Shown here one piece after another: positions 10,658-20,294 of a stretch of DNA of 41,462 bases (positions are counted from its first letter, which is position 1; each line of letters opens with the position of its first letter). Source of the DNA: Candidatus Falkowbacteria bacterium RIFOXYC2_FULL_36_12. Lineage in GTDB: Bacteria > Patescibacteriota > Patescibacteriia > UBA11705. Below the pieces are notes generated by a model that worked only from the letters and a program-made list of their open reading frames with translations, was not told the origin of the DNA and did not search any database. The translations under genes and the position numbers were made by a program. The stretch lies in contig MFGJ01000007.1 in the NCBI GenBank assembly GCA_001778235.1, forward strand, positions 31,116 through 72,577. Reading direction: 5' to 3'.

Positions 10658-12544
10658 ATGTTTCTATCAAGCAAGGACATCCGAAATACTTATTTAAATT
10701 TCTTTAATTCAAAGGAACATACGATAATTTCTTCCGCATCCCTAATCCCCCAGAACGACTCCACTCTTCTTTTCACAAACTCAGGGATGTCCCCATTAGT
10801 CCCTTATTTATTAGGAGAAAAACATCCAGGCGGAAGCCGGCTGACAAACTGTCAAAAATCATTTCGTACTGAAGATATTGAGGATGTAGGAGACAATCGC
10901 CATACAACATTTTTTGAAATGCTTGGGAACTGGTCACTTGGAGATTATTTCAAGAACGACCAATTGAACTGGTGGTATGAGCTTTTAATTGATAAATTCA
11001 AGCTGGATTCAAAAAAACTTTACCAGTCGGTTTATGTTGGTGATGATTCCATTGAAAAAGACAACGACTCTATTCGCATAATTAGCAATGTGTTTTCCAA
11101 ATACGGAATCATAGCTGACGAAGGACCTGAAACTACTGGTAAGGGGGACTTGGGGCCAGGCTTTGAAATTGATTTTAATAAATATCGTATCTTCGCATAC
11201 AGAGACAAGAACTGGTGGCAAAGAGGTGATGCAATCGGAGAACTTGGAGGGCCTGATTCTGAAACTTTTTATGACACAGGAAAAAAACACAACCCCAAAT
11301 TTGGGAGACATTGTCATGTAAATTGTGACTGCGGAAGATTCTTAGAAATTGGCAATTCGGTTTTTATGCAATATCAAAAGACCAAAAAAGGATGGGTGCC
11401 TCTGGCTAACAAAAATGTTGATTTTGGCGGAGGATTGGAGCGTATAACAATGATTTTGCAAAATAAAGATAATATATTTGAAACTGACCTGTTTATAAAT
11501 GTACTGAAAAAAATTGAATCTTTATCTGGAAAAAAATATCGGGACAATATGAGTCCATTTGAAATTATCGCTGATCATTTGAAAGCTGCTACATTTATAA
11601 TGGGAGATGATAAAGGAATTACACCATCAAATGTCGACCAAGGATATGTAGTTAGGAGGTTAATACGAAGAGCCTTGCGATACGGAATGCAAATTGGAAT
11701 TGCAAAAGAATCCTGGACATATGATATTGCCGAAACAATTATAAGCGACTACTCTGAAATATATCCGGAACTTGATCGAAATAAAAATTTTATTTTGAAC
11801 AGCTTGAACGATGAAGAAAATAAATTTATTAAAACGCTAGAAAAGGGTTTGATTGAAGTTGAAAAAATATATAATAACATCATCAATAAAGGAGCTGAAT
11901 TTACCATAACTGGAGAACAAGCCTTCAACATATACCAAACCTATGGATTCCCAATTGAAATGATTCACGAGGAAATAAAAAAAAGAAACGGGAAAATTAT
12001 AAACGAAGAAGATTTTCAGAAATTTTTCAAAAAGCATCAAGACACATCCAGAACTGCTGCTGCAGGAAAATTCAAAGGTGGATTGGCGGATCATAGCATT
12101 AAAACCACAGCATTGCATACCGCTGCTCACCTTTTGTTGGCTGCTCTACGAAAACTCTTAGGAGATCAAGTTACACAGAAAGGCTCCAATATTAATGCGG
12201 AAAGATTGCGCTATGATTTTTCTTATCCATCAAAACTTACGCCATCAGAATTAGAACAAATTGAAAACCTAGTGAATGATGCAATCAAAAAAAACTTATC
12301 CATAAGCCAAGAGGAATTGACAGTGAATGAAGCAAAAAAAAGAAATGCCATCGGGGTTTTCGATTCCAAATATGGGGAAAAAGTGAAGGTGTACAAAATT
12401 GCCAAGGATAGTGATGTTTTCTCATACGAAATATGCGGCGGTCCCCATCTGGATTACACTGGAAAAATGGGCAAGTTCAAAATTACAAAAGAAGAATCAA
12501 GCTCTGCCGGAGTGCGCAGAATTAAGGCTATCTTAATAAAATAA
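10658..12544 (+). CDS. alaS: Alanine--tRNA ligase, short form lacking C-Ala domain
   Basis: LLFTNSGM, HTTFFEMLGNWSLGDYFK, VDFGGGLER, IADH, GYVVRRLIRRA; editing HTAAH and CGGPH; ends GVRRIKA. Confidence 0.95.
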   Translation: MFLSSKDIRNTYLNFFNSKEHTIISSASLIPQNDSTLLFTNSGMSPLVPYLLGEKHPGGSRLTNCQKSFRTEDIEDVGDNRHTTFFEMLGNWSLGDYFKNDQLNWWYELLIDKFKLDSKKLYQSVYVGDDSIEKDNDSIRIISNVFSKYGIIADEGPETTGKGDLGPGFEIDFNKYRIFAYRDKNWWQRGDAIGELGGPDSETFYDTGKKHNPKFGRHCHVNCDCGRFLEIGNSVFMQYQKTKKGWVPLANKNVDFGGGLERITMILQNKDNIFETDLFINVLKKIESLSGKKYRDNMSPFEIIADHLKAATFIMGDDKGITPSNVDQGYVVRRLIRRALRYGMQIGIAKESWTYDIAETIISDYSEIYPELDRNKNFILNSLNDEENKFIKTLEKGLIEVEKIYNNIINKGAEFTITGEQAFNIYQTYGFPIEMIHEEIKKRNGKIINEEDFQKFFKKHQDTSRTAAAGKFKGGLADHSIKTTALHTAAHLLLAALRKLLGDQVTQKGSNINAERLRYDFSYPSKLTPSELEQIENLVNDAIKKNLSISQEELTVNEAKKRNAIGVFDSKYGEKVKVYKIAKDSDVFSYEICGGPHLDYTGKMGKFKITKEESSSAGVRRIKAILIK

Positions 12545-12553
12545 TATAACATT

Positions 12554-13135
12554 ATGCATCTCACAGCTCAACAGAAAGAAATAGTTAACAATACAAAAAA
12601 ATTCGTAGAAAAAAGAAAGACTAGATTTCCTAAAGGCGAGGATATGCTTTCTCATAATAAAAATGTTGAAAAATTTGCCGTCGAAATATACCAGGGGTAT
12701 AAAAACATAAAAATCTTTCCGCTCATATTAGCAGCACATTTACATGATATTGGATTATCAGAATCTTCCGACCACGAAAAACACGCTGCTATAGGCTACG
12801 ATATGACAAAAAAGTATCTAAGGAAATATAATTTTATTACTAGCGACCAAATCGAATTAGTAGCATTATGCGCTCTCAATCACCGAGGAGATAAAAAAAC
12901 AAAACGCTCAATAGAGGAAAAGATAATTTCATCAGCTGCGGCGATGGATTTCATTGATCGTTCCCTTTTCTTATTTACAGAAAAATGCAAACACAATAAA
13001 TACAATGACTCTGTAGCATGGATACAAAAAATACTAAATAAAATCATGACAAGAATTGAGCTGCCTGAAGCTCGCAAAATAATCAAACCAAAATACAATG
13101 CTGCCAAAAGAATTTTTGAATTAGAAAATATTTAA
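12554..13135 (+). CDS. HD-domain phosphohydrolase-like protein
   Basis: H...AAHLHDIG...HEKHA...NH; the final motif reads AAAMD instead of ADxxD. Confidence 0.85.
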   Translation: MHLTAQQKEIVNNTKKFVEKRKTRFPKGEDMLSHNKNVEKFAVEIYQGYKNIKIFPLILAAHLHDIGLSESSDHEKHAAIGYDMTKKYLRKYNFITSDQIELVALCALNHRGDKKTKRSIEEKIISSAAAMDFIDRSLFLFTEKCKHNKYNDSVAWIQKILNKIMTRIELPEARKIIKPKYNAAKRIFELENI

Positions 13136-14281
13136 AATATTTTTTCCATATTTTTTAGTCAAGCGATGCAAATTCATTTCCATAGAACAAGCGCCGCACG
13201 ATCCACAACCAGATGTTTTGGAAAGTTTATTTGTCAACCCTTTTTTGTCCATCAGAAGGATGGCTTTTTTTGTTATTCCCAAAAACCACACAGGATTAAT
13301 TCTCTCACGATTTTCTAATGATGACCCTGGAAATGAACGCAGACACAGGAGATTTGTCGGAACGCCGATTTCAGAAAGATATCTAATGCCATCTAATGTG
13401 TCCTGTTCATTCTCCAGGCCAGCGATTAGAACTGAAAAAACCTTAACTCCATTTGCTTTGTTATAATTGAATATATTTTTATATTCATTTACTTTTATTT
13501 CAGATTTACCGGGAAGAAACTCATTTCTAAATCTATCGGAATATACTTCGAGATTTGCAGAAAAAGTATCTAGCTTTAAATTTGCCAATTTTTTCATATT
13601 TTCTAGCTCTTTAGGAGGTGAAGCCTCAATTGCGATTTTAACCTTCCCATCAAATTCACGCAGCTTTTTTAGATATGGAATGTATTTTGCTAATCCTCTA
13701 TCCAGTGAAAAATTATTTCCTCCTGTTAATAAAATCTTTGGACGTCTACCAGTTTTATTAATAACCTGTTTGTAAGCCGACAGTAATGTTGTTGGGCTCA
13801 ACATAATCTTATCCTTTTTCAAAGCACAAAAGGCGCATGCCTTTTTAACTTCCTGGTAGCAACATCCTCTTATGCTGTTTGGAATCTGGGGTATAGCAGC
13901 AATAAGAGTTTCAAAATCCATGTTCACATTCTGATTTCTAATTTTAATTTCTGGAACCAGCGACACCCTAAATAATTTTATCCCATCAAACTCGATTATT
14001 GCATGTTTTTTATTGCCAATCATTTTTATTTTTATTGGATTATCGTTGCTGATATATGAAAATGGAACTAATGCTCTCAGTTGTTTATTCCCAACATAAA
14101 GCTGTATGCCACTATTTCCAGTTCTTTTATCCTTTTTATTACTAAGATCTAATCCCAAATCCACCGATGCCCCACAGCAGACAAGATATGCACAAATTTT
14201 TACCTTATTAGCAAGACAACACGGATTTTTAAAATCCAGATTCAATTCGGAAATATATTGGTTTAATATTTTTTCTTTCAT
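13121..14281 (-). CDS. Radical SAM protein (MSMEG_0568-like)
   Basis: Cx8Cx2C (CCYQEVKKACAFC), LTGG, PGK, C-terminal GCGSCGACS. Confidence 0.8.
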   Translation of the reverse strand: MKEKILNQYISELNLDFKNPCCLANKVKICAYLVCCGASVDLGLDLSNKKDKRTGNSGIQLYVGNKQLRALVPFSYISNDNPIKIKMIGNKKHAIIEFDGIKLFRVSLVPEIKIRNQNVNMDFETLIAAIPQIPNSIRGCCYQEVKKACAFCALKKDKIMLSPTTLLSAYKQVINKTGRRPKILLTGGNNFSLDRGLAKYIPYLKKLREFDGKVKIAIEASPPKELENMKKLANLKLDTFSANLEVYSDRFRNEFLPGKSEIKVNEYKNIFNYNKANGVKVFSVLIAGLENEQDTLDGIRYLSEIGVPTNLLCLRSFPGSSLENRERINPVWFLGITKKAILLMDKKGLTNKLSKTSGCGSCGACSMEMNLHRLTKKYGKNILNIF

Positions 14282-14282
14282 A

Positions 14283-14816
14283 TTAAATATTAAATTGATG
14301 AATTGAGCAACTTGTTATTTCCGGCATTTTTTCATGCGAATCAAATAAGGTGTATAACATTTTTATAGCTGCTCCATGCGTAACAATTGCAATTTTCTTA
14401 TTCCTTATTTCTTTTAAATATTCTAATCCGTCCAGTAGTCTCAATCTAAATGTTTCAAAGCTCTCAATATCTGGCACATCAGCATCGTCAATAAGTTTTC
14501 CATCTCTAAACCACTCCGGGGTTGTCTTCATTATTTCCAATTTGCATTTTCCTTCCAAAAAACCGAAATTTCTTTCTCTAAAACAACTTGATTCATACCC
14601 CATGGAAATTCCCGAACTCATCGATAAAATTTTTGCTGTCTCTATTGCCCTTCCTAAATCACTTGATATTATTATATCAACCTTATTTTTTAATAACTTC
14701 GCCAATTCCATCGCCTGAATTTTACCAACACTAGTTAAGGGGGAATCTAGCCATCCCTGATAAATGCCTGCTCTATTCCATTCAGTTTCAGCATGCTTAA
14801 TAAGTATGATTTCCAT
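14283..14816 (-). CDS. Histidine phosphatase family protein
   Basis: KHAETEWN (variant RHG), QGWLDSPLT, SSDLGRA, RERNFG, VTHG; likely start MEIILIK at 14816. Confidence 0.9.
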   Translation of the reverse strand: MEIILIKHAETEWNRAGIYQGWLDSPLTSVGKIQAMELAKLLKNKVDIIISSDLGRAIETAKILSMSSGISMGYESSCFRERNFGFLEGKCKLEIMKTTPEWFRDGKLIDDADVPDIESFETFRLRLLDGLEYLKEIRNKKIAIVTHGAAIKMLYTLFDSHEKMPEITSCSIHQFNI

Positions 14817-14817
14817 A

Positions 14818-16002
14818 TTAAGATAATTCACCATAAAATTGTTTATCCGTATCCCCAGAGCTTATATTCACCACAATTATTTTTTTGTTATTAATCCTTG
14901 CTTGCTTTATGACCGATGCAATAGCATACCCTGTTTCTAGCGCAACAAACCTTTCCTCACTCTTAAAAAATAACTCAGCAGCATTCTTCGCTTCATTTGA
15001 TGAAAATTGATCAACCTCAATTAATCCTCGACCATGAAAATACGCAACCGGACTAGCAACAATGGTTGATCCTAGACCTCCTATATAATTACCCTTTTTT
15101 AGGCCATCAATCCCATAAGTTTTCATAAGGGGGTAATATTTGAGATTATCAATTGAAAACATTCCAATCCTCCCTTCCGACAAAATCGGACATGTAGCTG
15201 CTTCAGCAGATACAATTTTTGTCTTTCTTTTGTCATCCAATATATCTGCCAAAAATATTGCCGATGTGCCCAGGAGATTGGCTCCGCCACCACAACTGCC
15301 TATAATAATATCCGGATATTGCCCCATTGCCGATAGTTGTTCTTTAATCTCTAATCCAATAATGGATTGTGGGATAATAAAATAACCATAAACTGAACCA
15401 AATATATATCGGGCATTTTTTAATTTTTTTGTATATTCTATAGCCGCATCGGCAGATAAACTAAGGAGATCTTTTACTTTTTCATCTTTTTTTGGATTTA
15501 CAATTATAACCTCTGCACCAAATTTTTCCATCAGACTTTTTCTATCCGGCCTTTTTCTATGACTTTCATAATCCATAAAGCAAATAGTCTTAACTCCAAA
15601 TTTATTGCCCGCCATAGCCAAAGCTATTCCCCAATTACCGGTAGTTTCGGTGGTTATTGTATCAATGCCATCTTTCTTGCAAAGATATGCGATTAAAAAA
15701 GCGCTATTTGCTTTATGGTTTTTCGTTGGAGATTCTCCCTCATCTTTGATATATATTTCGCAATCTGTCCCAATCGCATGCTCAAATTTCTTCGCCCTGA
15801 AAATAGAGGTAGGCCTATATGATTCATAAACTGGCCATAACTCCTCTGGAATTTCTATATATTTATCTCTGGATAGCTCTAATTTTGCCAATGACGGAGG
15901 GATAACTTCGGAAAGAGTATCTAGGGTTATCTCTTTTCCAGAGACAGGATCATGCAGATCAACTGGACAATAATGCTTCAGATTTAAAAATTTTTTAATC
16001 AT
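14818..16002 (-). CDS. TrpB2-like PLP-dependent beta-replacement enzyme (divergent)
   Basis: YRPT, SPTKNHKANSA (PLP Lys), TETTGNWG, CGGGAN, NISSG. Confidence 0.85.
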   Translation of the reverse strand: MIKKFLNLKHYCPVDLHDPVSGKEITLDTLSEVIPPSLAKLELSRDKYIEIPEELWPVYESYRPTSIFRAKKFEHAIGTDCEIYIKDEGESPTKNHKANSAFLIAYLCKKDGIDTITTETTGNWGIALAMAGNKFGVKTICFMDYESHRKRPDRKSLMEKFGAEVIIVNPKKDEKVKDLLSLSADAAIEYTKKLKNARYIFGSVYGYFIIPQSIIGLEIKEQLSAMGQYPDIIIGSCGGGANLLGTSAIFLADILDDKRKTKIVSAEAATCPILSEGRIGMFSIDNLKYYPLMKTYGIDGLKKGNYIGGLGSTIVASPVAYFHGRGLIEVDQFSSNEAKNAAELFFKSEERFVALETGYAIASVIKQARINNKKIIVVNISSGDTDKQFYGELS

Positions 16003-16008
16003 AATTTT

Positions 16009-17325
16009 TTATATGTATTGAAAATATTTAATAACAAAATTTGAAATTTGATCTGCGCCCGCAAATCCTTTTTGATAGTTTAAAACTGATCTCTGCTTAA
16101 CCGCAAGCTTATCTAAAGCTATATCAGTAGAATATTCATTTTTAAGTAAATCCAATAGATCTCTTTGATAGCTTCCTGACTCCTCCCATTCTTCGTATTT
16201 TTTATACATCCAATGCATTTCTTCTATGCCTGATTTAAATTTTATTTTTTTAAGATCCTTCTCTTTTTCATAGATAAGAATACCTGGAAATTCGCCCCCC
16301 ATTTTTCTGTAACCAAGAACCTGAGGATACTGTGTTGAATTTTGCTCTGGAAGAAATATAATAGGAACGCCATAATGAATAGCTTCATATATGGATTTTT
16401 TTCCGGGTGCAGTTATCAGAAGAAACGTTTTCTCCATTATTTTGAGCATTTCTCTATGACTAAAGGATTTCACCTTAATGCCAGCATGCAAATTGAAAAA
16501 TTTCTTATTTTTTTTGATTCTTTCGGCAATTTCAGGATGAACAACAATAATAAATTTCTTGTCTTTATATAATTCATTAATGACTGGGCTTATAAACTTA
16601 GCAATCATCTTTACGTATATATCTAAATCAGCATTATCATTAACTGGATTTTTCATTCCATTAAGATTAATCAAGATATAATCCTTTTTTATCTTTTTAT
16701 TTTTTACCACCGATAAATCTAAAACTGGACTTATTTCCGAAAATTTATTCTTACCTCCAAGGATATCACCCAGTCGAAAAATTCTTTTTTCAGTTCCAGG
16801 AAATTTTTCGTTAATATACGGGAATTTTTCCAAAAAGGAGTGCAGGGAACATTTATTAGACAACAACTGAGATTCGTGTGGCGTTAGGCCTGATTTTTCC
16901 AGCCTGGAAATTTTCTCTAAATAATTACCACCTTTTAATATGTGTTCCATTATTTGACTGTATTTATCATAATTTTTCTTATCTTTTGTCAGCAACCAAA
17001 ACCAAAAATTCGTATCAATATTAATAACTGGAATACAACAATCGTATCCAAAAATAGAGATGTATGGATTGCCACAAGAAATAATCAAATCAAATTTTTT
17101 ATCAATATTTGAAATTCCTTTTATATCTGTCTCTATTATTTTATCAGAATCAAATAACTCTTTATAATTTTTGAAAAAATGCGTAACATTTCCCCACCCC
17201 ACAAGATAATTATCAGATTTAAATCCCTTCCTCTTTAGATTTTTAAGAATATACGCTATGGTAGCTTGCGACCCAAAACCAAAATGCTGAGCCGAAAACA
17301 ATATTTTTGGAATTAATTTTTTCAT
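16009..17325 (-). CDS. GT-B glycosyltransferase-like protein, resembles cytosylglucuronate (CGA) synthase-related family
   Basis: N-terminal AQHFGFGS; C-terminal TAPGKKSIYEA...PIIFLPEQNSTQ; terminal GADQI. Confidence 0.6.
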   Translation of the reverse strand: MKKLIPKILFSAQHFGFGSQATIAYILKNLKRKGFKSDNYLVGWGNVTHFFKNYKELFDSDKIIETDIKGISNIDKKFDLIISCGNPYISIFGYDCCIPVINIDTNFWFWLLTKDKKNYDKYSQIMEHILKGGNYLEKISRLEKSGLTPHESQLLSNKCSLHSFLEKFPYINEKFPGTEKRIFRLGDILGGKNKFSEISPVLDLSVVKNKKIKKDYILINLNGMKNPVNDNADLDIYVKMIAKFISPVINELYKDKKFIIVVHPEIAERIKKNKKFFNLHAGIKVKSFSHREMLKIMEKTFLLITAPGKKSIYEAIHYGVPIIFLPEQNSTQYPQVLGYRKMGGEFPGILIYEKEKDLKKIKFKSGIEEMHWMYKKYEEWEESGSYQRDLLDLLKNEYSTDIALDKLAVKQRSVLNYQKGFAGADQISNFVIKYFQYI

Positions 17326-17332
17326 AACAGCT

Positions 17333-18364
17333 TTACTTTATAGGACTTGAATATTTTAAATTATTTGTAGTCGCAATGGATACACCTGCATGCAACATCA
17401 TAGGACAATATTTGCAGAAATCCATTCTATTTTTCCGGTATTCTTGCATTTCTTCTCCTTTCCATATGCCTAAAATAGATTCTTTGCGCACATTTCCCAC
17501 AATCGGCTTATGCGTATACTCAGACCCATTACATGGAAGCACATCTCCGTTTGGATAAATCAATAGAAACACATTTGGCCGATTGCATTTTTTGTGTATA
17601 ACTTTTTTCTCCCAATATACCCCATCATAAAACTTACTTTTTGCACTTTTTTTATTACCATAAAATCCACTCAAATTCAAAAGACTTTTTCTATCCAAAA
17701 CGATGTTGTCTTGTTTTTTACGATTATGGTAATCCTTGATTGCCTGTGGCAATATTTCATCCCTGAAAATTTTCAGATCTTTTTTACTCAACAAAAGATA
17801 TTTTTCCGAGTAATCATTCTCCGGGTAATTCAAGCTAAGCGAAGACGCATTAACATCAAACGAGTATGCAATAAAATCACTGAGTCTTTTATAATTATGC
17901 TTATTTACGACAATATGAACAACCAGCCTGACTTTACTTTTTCCTATTAATATTGCAGCGGCATTGGCATATTTAAAACTTCCGCGCCTTCCTCTAATGC
18001 GATCATGCTCTTTTCCATTCGTGCTATATAAAGAGAGCTTGATCTGATCAAGTCCAGACTTTTCTATTTTGTGCAGCAAAGGTCTATCCAGGAAACGGCC
18101 ATTTGTATTTAACGAAACAAAGAAACCCATCTTTTTCGCCTCATAAATCAGCTCTGTTAATTTTTCATAATGAGTTGGCTCACCGCCTGATATTGTAAGA
18201 TAAAAAACTCCCATGTCCCTTGCTTCCTTAAAAACTTTTTTCCATTCAGTTAATGAAATCTCGCTATTGCGCGAATTTAAAATTTGCTTCCTGCTGATGC
18301 AAAATGGGCAATTATGGTCGCAATATCCAGTAGGCTTGATAGTTAGGTGTTTTAATTTTCTCAT
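17333..18364 (-). CDS. Radical SAM protein with SPASM/twitch domain
   Basis: CDHNCPFC, ISGGEP, TNG, HDRIRG; C...IYPNGDVLPC...GNVR...IW...CKYCP. Confidence 0.93.
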   Translation of the reverse strand: MRKLKHLTIKPTGYCDHNCPFCISRKQILNSRNSEISLTEWKKVFKEARDMGVFYLTISGGEPTHYEKLTELIYEAKKMGFFVSLNTNGRFLDRPLLHKIEKSGLDQIKLSLYSTNGKEHDRIRGRRGSFKYANAAAILIGKSKVRLVVHIVVNKHNYKRLSDFIAYSFDVNASSLSLNYPENDYSEKYLLLSKKDLKIFRDEILPQAIKDYHNRKKQDNIVLDRKSLLNLSGFYGNKKSAKSKFYDGVYWEKKVIHKKCNRPNVFLLIYPNGDVLPCNGSEYTHKPIVGNVRKESILGIWKGEEMQEYRKNRMDFCKYCPMMLHAGVSIATTNNLKYSSPIK

Positions 18365-18373
18365 ATTTTTAAA

Positions 18374-20287
18374 CTAATCATTATGCCACCGATATTCTTC
18401 TTTGAGTATATTCTTGGGATTATTGTTGGTTAAAATTTTGTAAATTTTTCGAGACATAGTATCCGCTGAAATAAGTTTTAATTTGTCGGTTTTACAAAAG
18501 TTGTAAAAAAATCCGTCATCTTCTATCTTTTTAATTTTATTTATTGATTCAACAATTTTTGATTTTTTATATTTTGACGACAATATTTTAATTATATTAT
18601 TATCTTCCAGATAATCAAAATGTTGCAATATATCATAATCAACCTCTGATATTTCTTTTATTTTAGAGCTGCCTATGTCCATAACGAAAAATTTATCTTC
18701 TTCGTTGAAAGTAAAATAGCGATATTTTGAATCTGGCACCCTCAGCTTATCAAAAAATTTAATTTTGGAGTCCAAGAAACCTAAGTATTTATCAACTCTT
18801 TCCCTGATTTTATATGTTTCTCCCTTAATCTTTTCCTCATTTATCTCGCCGTTTTTTATCCAGATAATACTTTCTTTGGTAAAATTTGCGTATATATCAG
18901 TTAATTTTTTGAGTAATTTCTCATACTCTTCTCTGCCAGCTAACGACTTTTTATTTTTTATACCATTAATAACCCAGTGTCTATTTTTATTAATAATATC
19001 AATCCACTCCACAAAAATAATTTTTATCGCCATGTATGCCTTTGCAACATCCTTGTCCACATAATAATCATGGTAACCATCCATTACATTATTGTGAATA
19101 ATCTTTTTCTCATTTTCCAACATTTTTTGCAGGCTTGCCCCATCATGCACCTTTAATGCCTTATGAATATCAGTGCCATAACTTTTTATCTTTTCCAGGA
19201 ATTCTATGTCTTTCAAAATGGAATCCAATGTTGAATATGGATTAAATAGTATGGCAGCGGGGAAAACGGAGATCTCCAACTTTTTAAGTTTCCTGATAGC
19301 CTCCTTTATTTGCCCCGAACTTACTTGCTTGTTGAATTTTTTTAAAGTGTAATCATCTAATGTTTCCATTCCTACTAATAATCTTTCGAATCCGGCCTTT
19401 TTCATCTTTATTACTACATCTTCTCGAATATCGTCTGCTCTGCACAAGGCCATTAGATGTAATTTAAGCCCTCTTTTTATTATTAAATCACTAATTCCAA
19501 TCACGCGATCAATTCCTGCTTGTCCCGGCCCAAATAGCTCATCGTCTTGGAACTTTATAACTGAAACTCCAAATGTTTTATTTAGATATTCTAATTCATC
19601 AACCACATTTTCTGGCGATCTCCCTCTCCAACAGGAACCTACATTTATCCTATTAAACGAATTCTGGCTACAAAAAGTACAACTTCCGTAGCAACCCCTA
19701 CTTGAAAAGAAACAAGCATACCCAATACGCTTCATCGAATGCAACAGGAGATCCCTAGCGGGAAAAGGTATGGAATCAAGATTGCTTATTTTTTCTCTTG
19801 GCTTATTGAAATACAATAATCCGTTCTTTTTTCTATACGCCAGCCCCTTTATTTTTGCTAATGTTTTTTTCTCAAATATACGCTCTACAAGCTCAAGTAA
19901 TGTATCCTCTCCTTCCCCTAAAACAATTGAATCTAGTTGATCAATGGCATCAAACAAAGATCTCGGCGAAAGGGTTGGCGTTATGCCACCAAAACAAAGA
20001 TGAAAATTTTTATCTTTGTTTGTAACAAGATTTACTATGGTTTTTATCGTAGGCAACGCCCGCTGCGTCACGGAAAATCCCAATATTTTGAATTTTTTCA
20101 TTTTTATTATTTCTGCGGTCTGATTTGCGCTTAAACCAAACATGTCGGCATCCATTATGTCGACCGAATAACCATTTTTTCGCAAAACTGCTGCCAAATA
20201 CAAAATTCCAAGTGGCTCTTTAGGATCTTGATCTCCAAATCTCGTGGTCTTATAAATGGGGGGGTGAACCAATAGTATATCTGCCAT
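18374..20287 (-). CDS. Cobalamin-binding radical SAM protein with C-terminal RRE/winged-helix-like domain
   Basis: EPLGILYLAAVL, GGITPT, GEGE, SRGCYGSCTFC, RSPENVVDE, FQDD, GMET. Confidence 0.92.
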   Translation of the reverse strand: MADILLVHPPIYKTTRFGDQDPKEPLGILYLAAVLRKNGYSVDIMDADMFGLSANQTAEIIKMKKFKILGFSVTQRALPTIKTIVNLVTNKDKNFHLCFGGITPTLSPRSLFDAIDQLDSIVLGEGEDTLLELVERIFEKKTLAKIKGLAYRKKNGLLYFNKPREKISNLDSIPFPARDLLLHSMKRIGYACFFSSRGCYGSCTFCSQNSFNRINVGSCWRGRSPENVVDELEYLNKTFGVSVIKFQDDELFGPGQAGIDRVIGISDLIIKRGLKLHLMALCRADDIREDVVIKMKKAGFERLLVGMETLDDYTLKKFNKQVSSGQIKEAIRKLKKLEISVFPAAILFNPYSTLDSILKDIEFLEKIKSYGTDIHKALKVHDGASLQKMLENEKKIIHNNVMDGYHDYYVDKDVAKAYMAIKIIFVEWIDIINKNRHWVINGIKNKKSLAGREEYEKLLKKLTDIYANFTKESIIWIKNGEINEEKIKGETYKIRERVDKYLGFLDSKIKFFDKLRVPDSKYRYFTFNEEDKFFVMDIGSSKIKEISEVDYDILQHFDYLEDNNIIKILSSKYKKSKIVESINKIKKIEDDGFFYNFCKTDKLKLISADTMSRKIYKILTNNNPKNILKEEYRWHND

Positions 20288-20294
20288 AATTTAT

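Noticed and set aside
14818-16002. Housekeeping tryptophan synthase (trpB)
   Set aside because: Substrate-binding motifs diverge and the gene is embedded in the radical SAM operon without trp genes, so no gene symbol was assigned.
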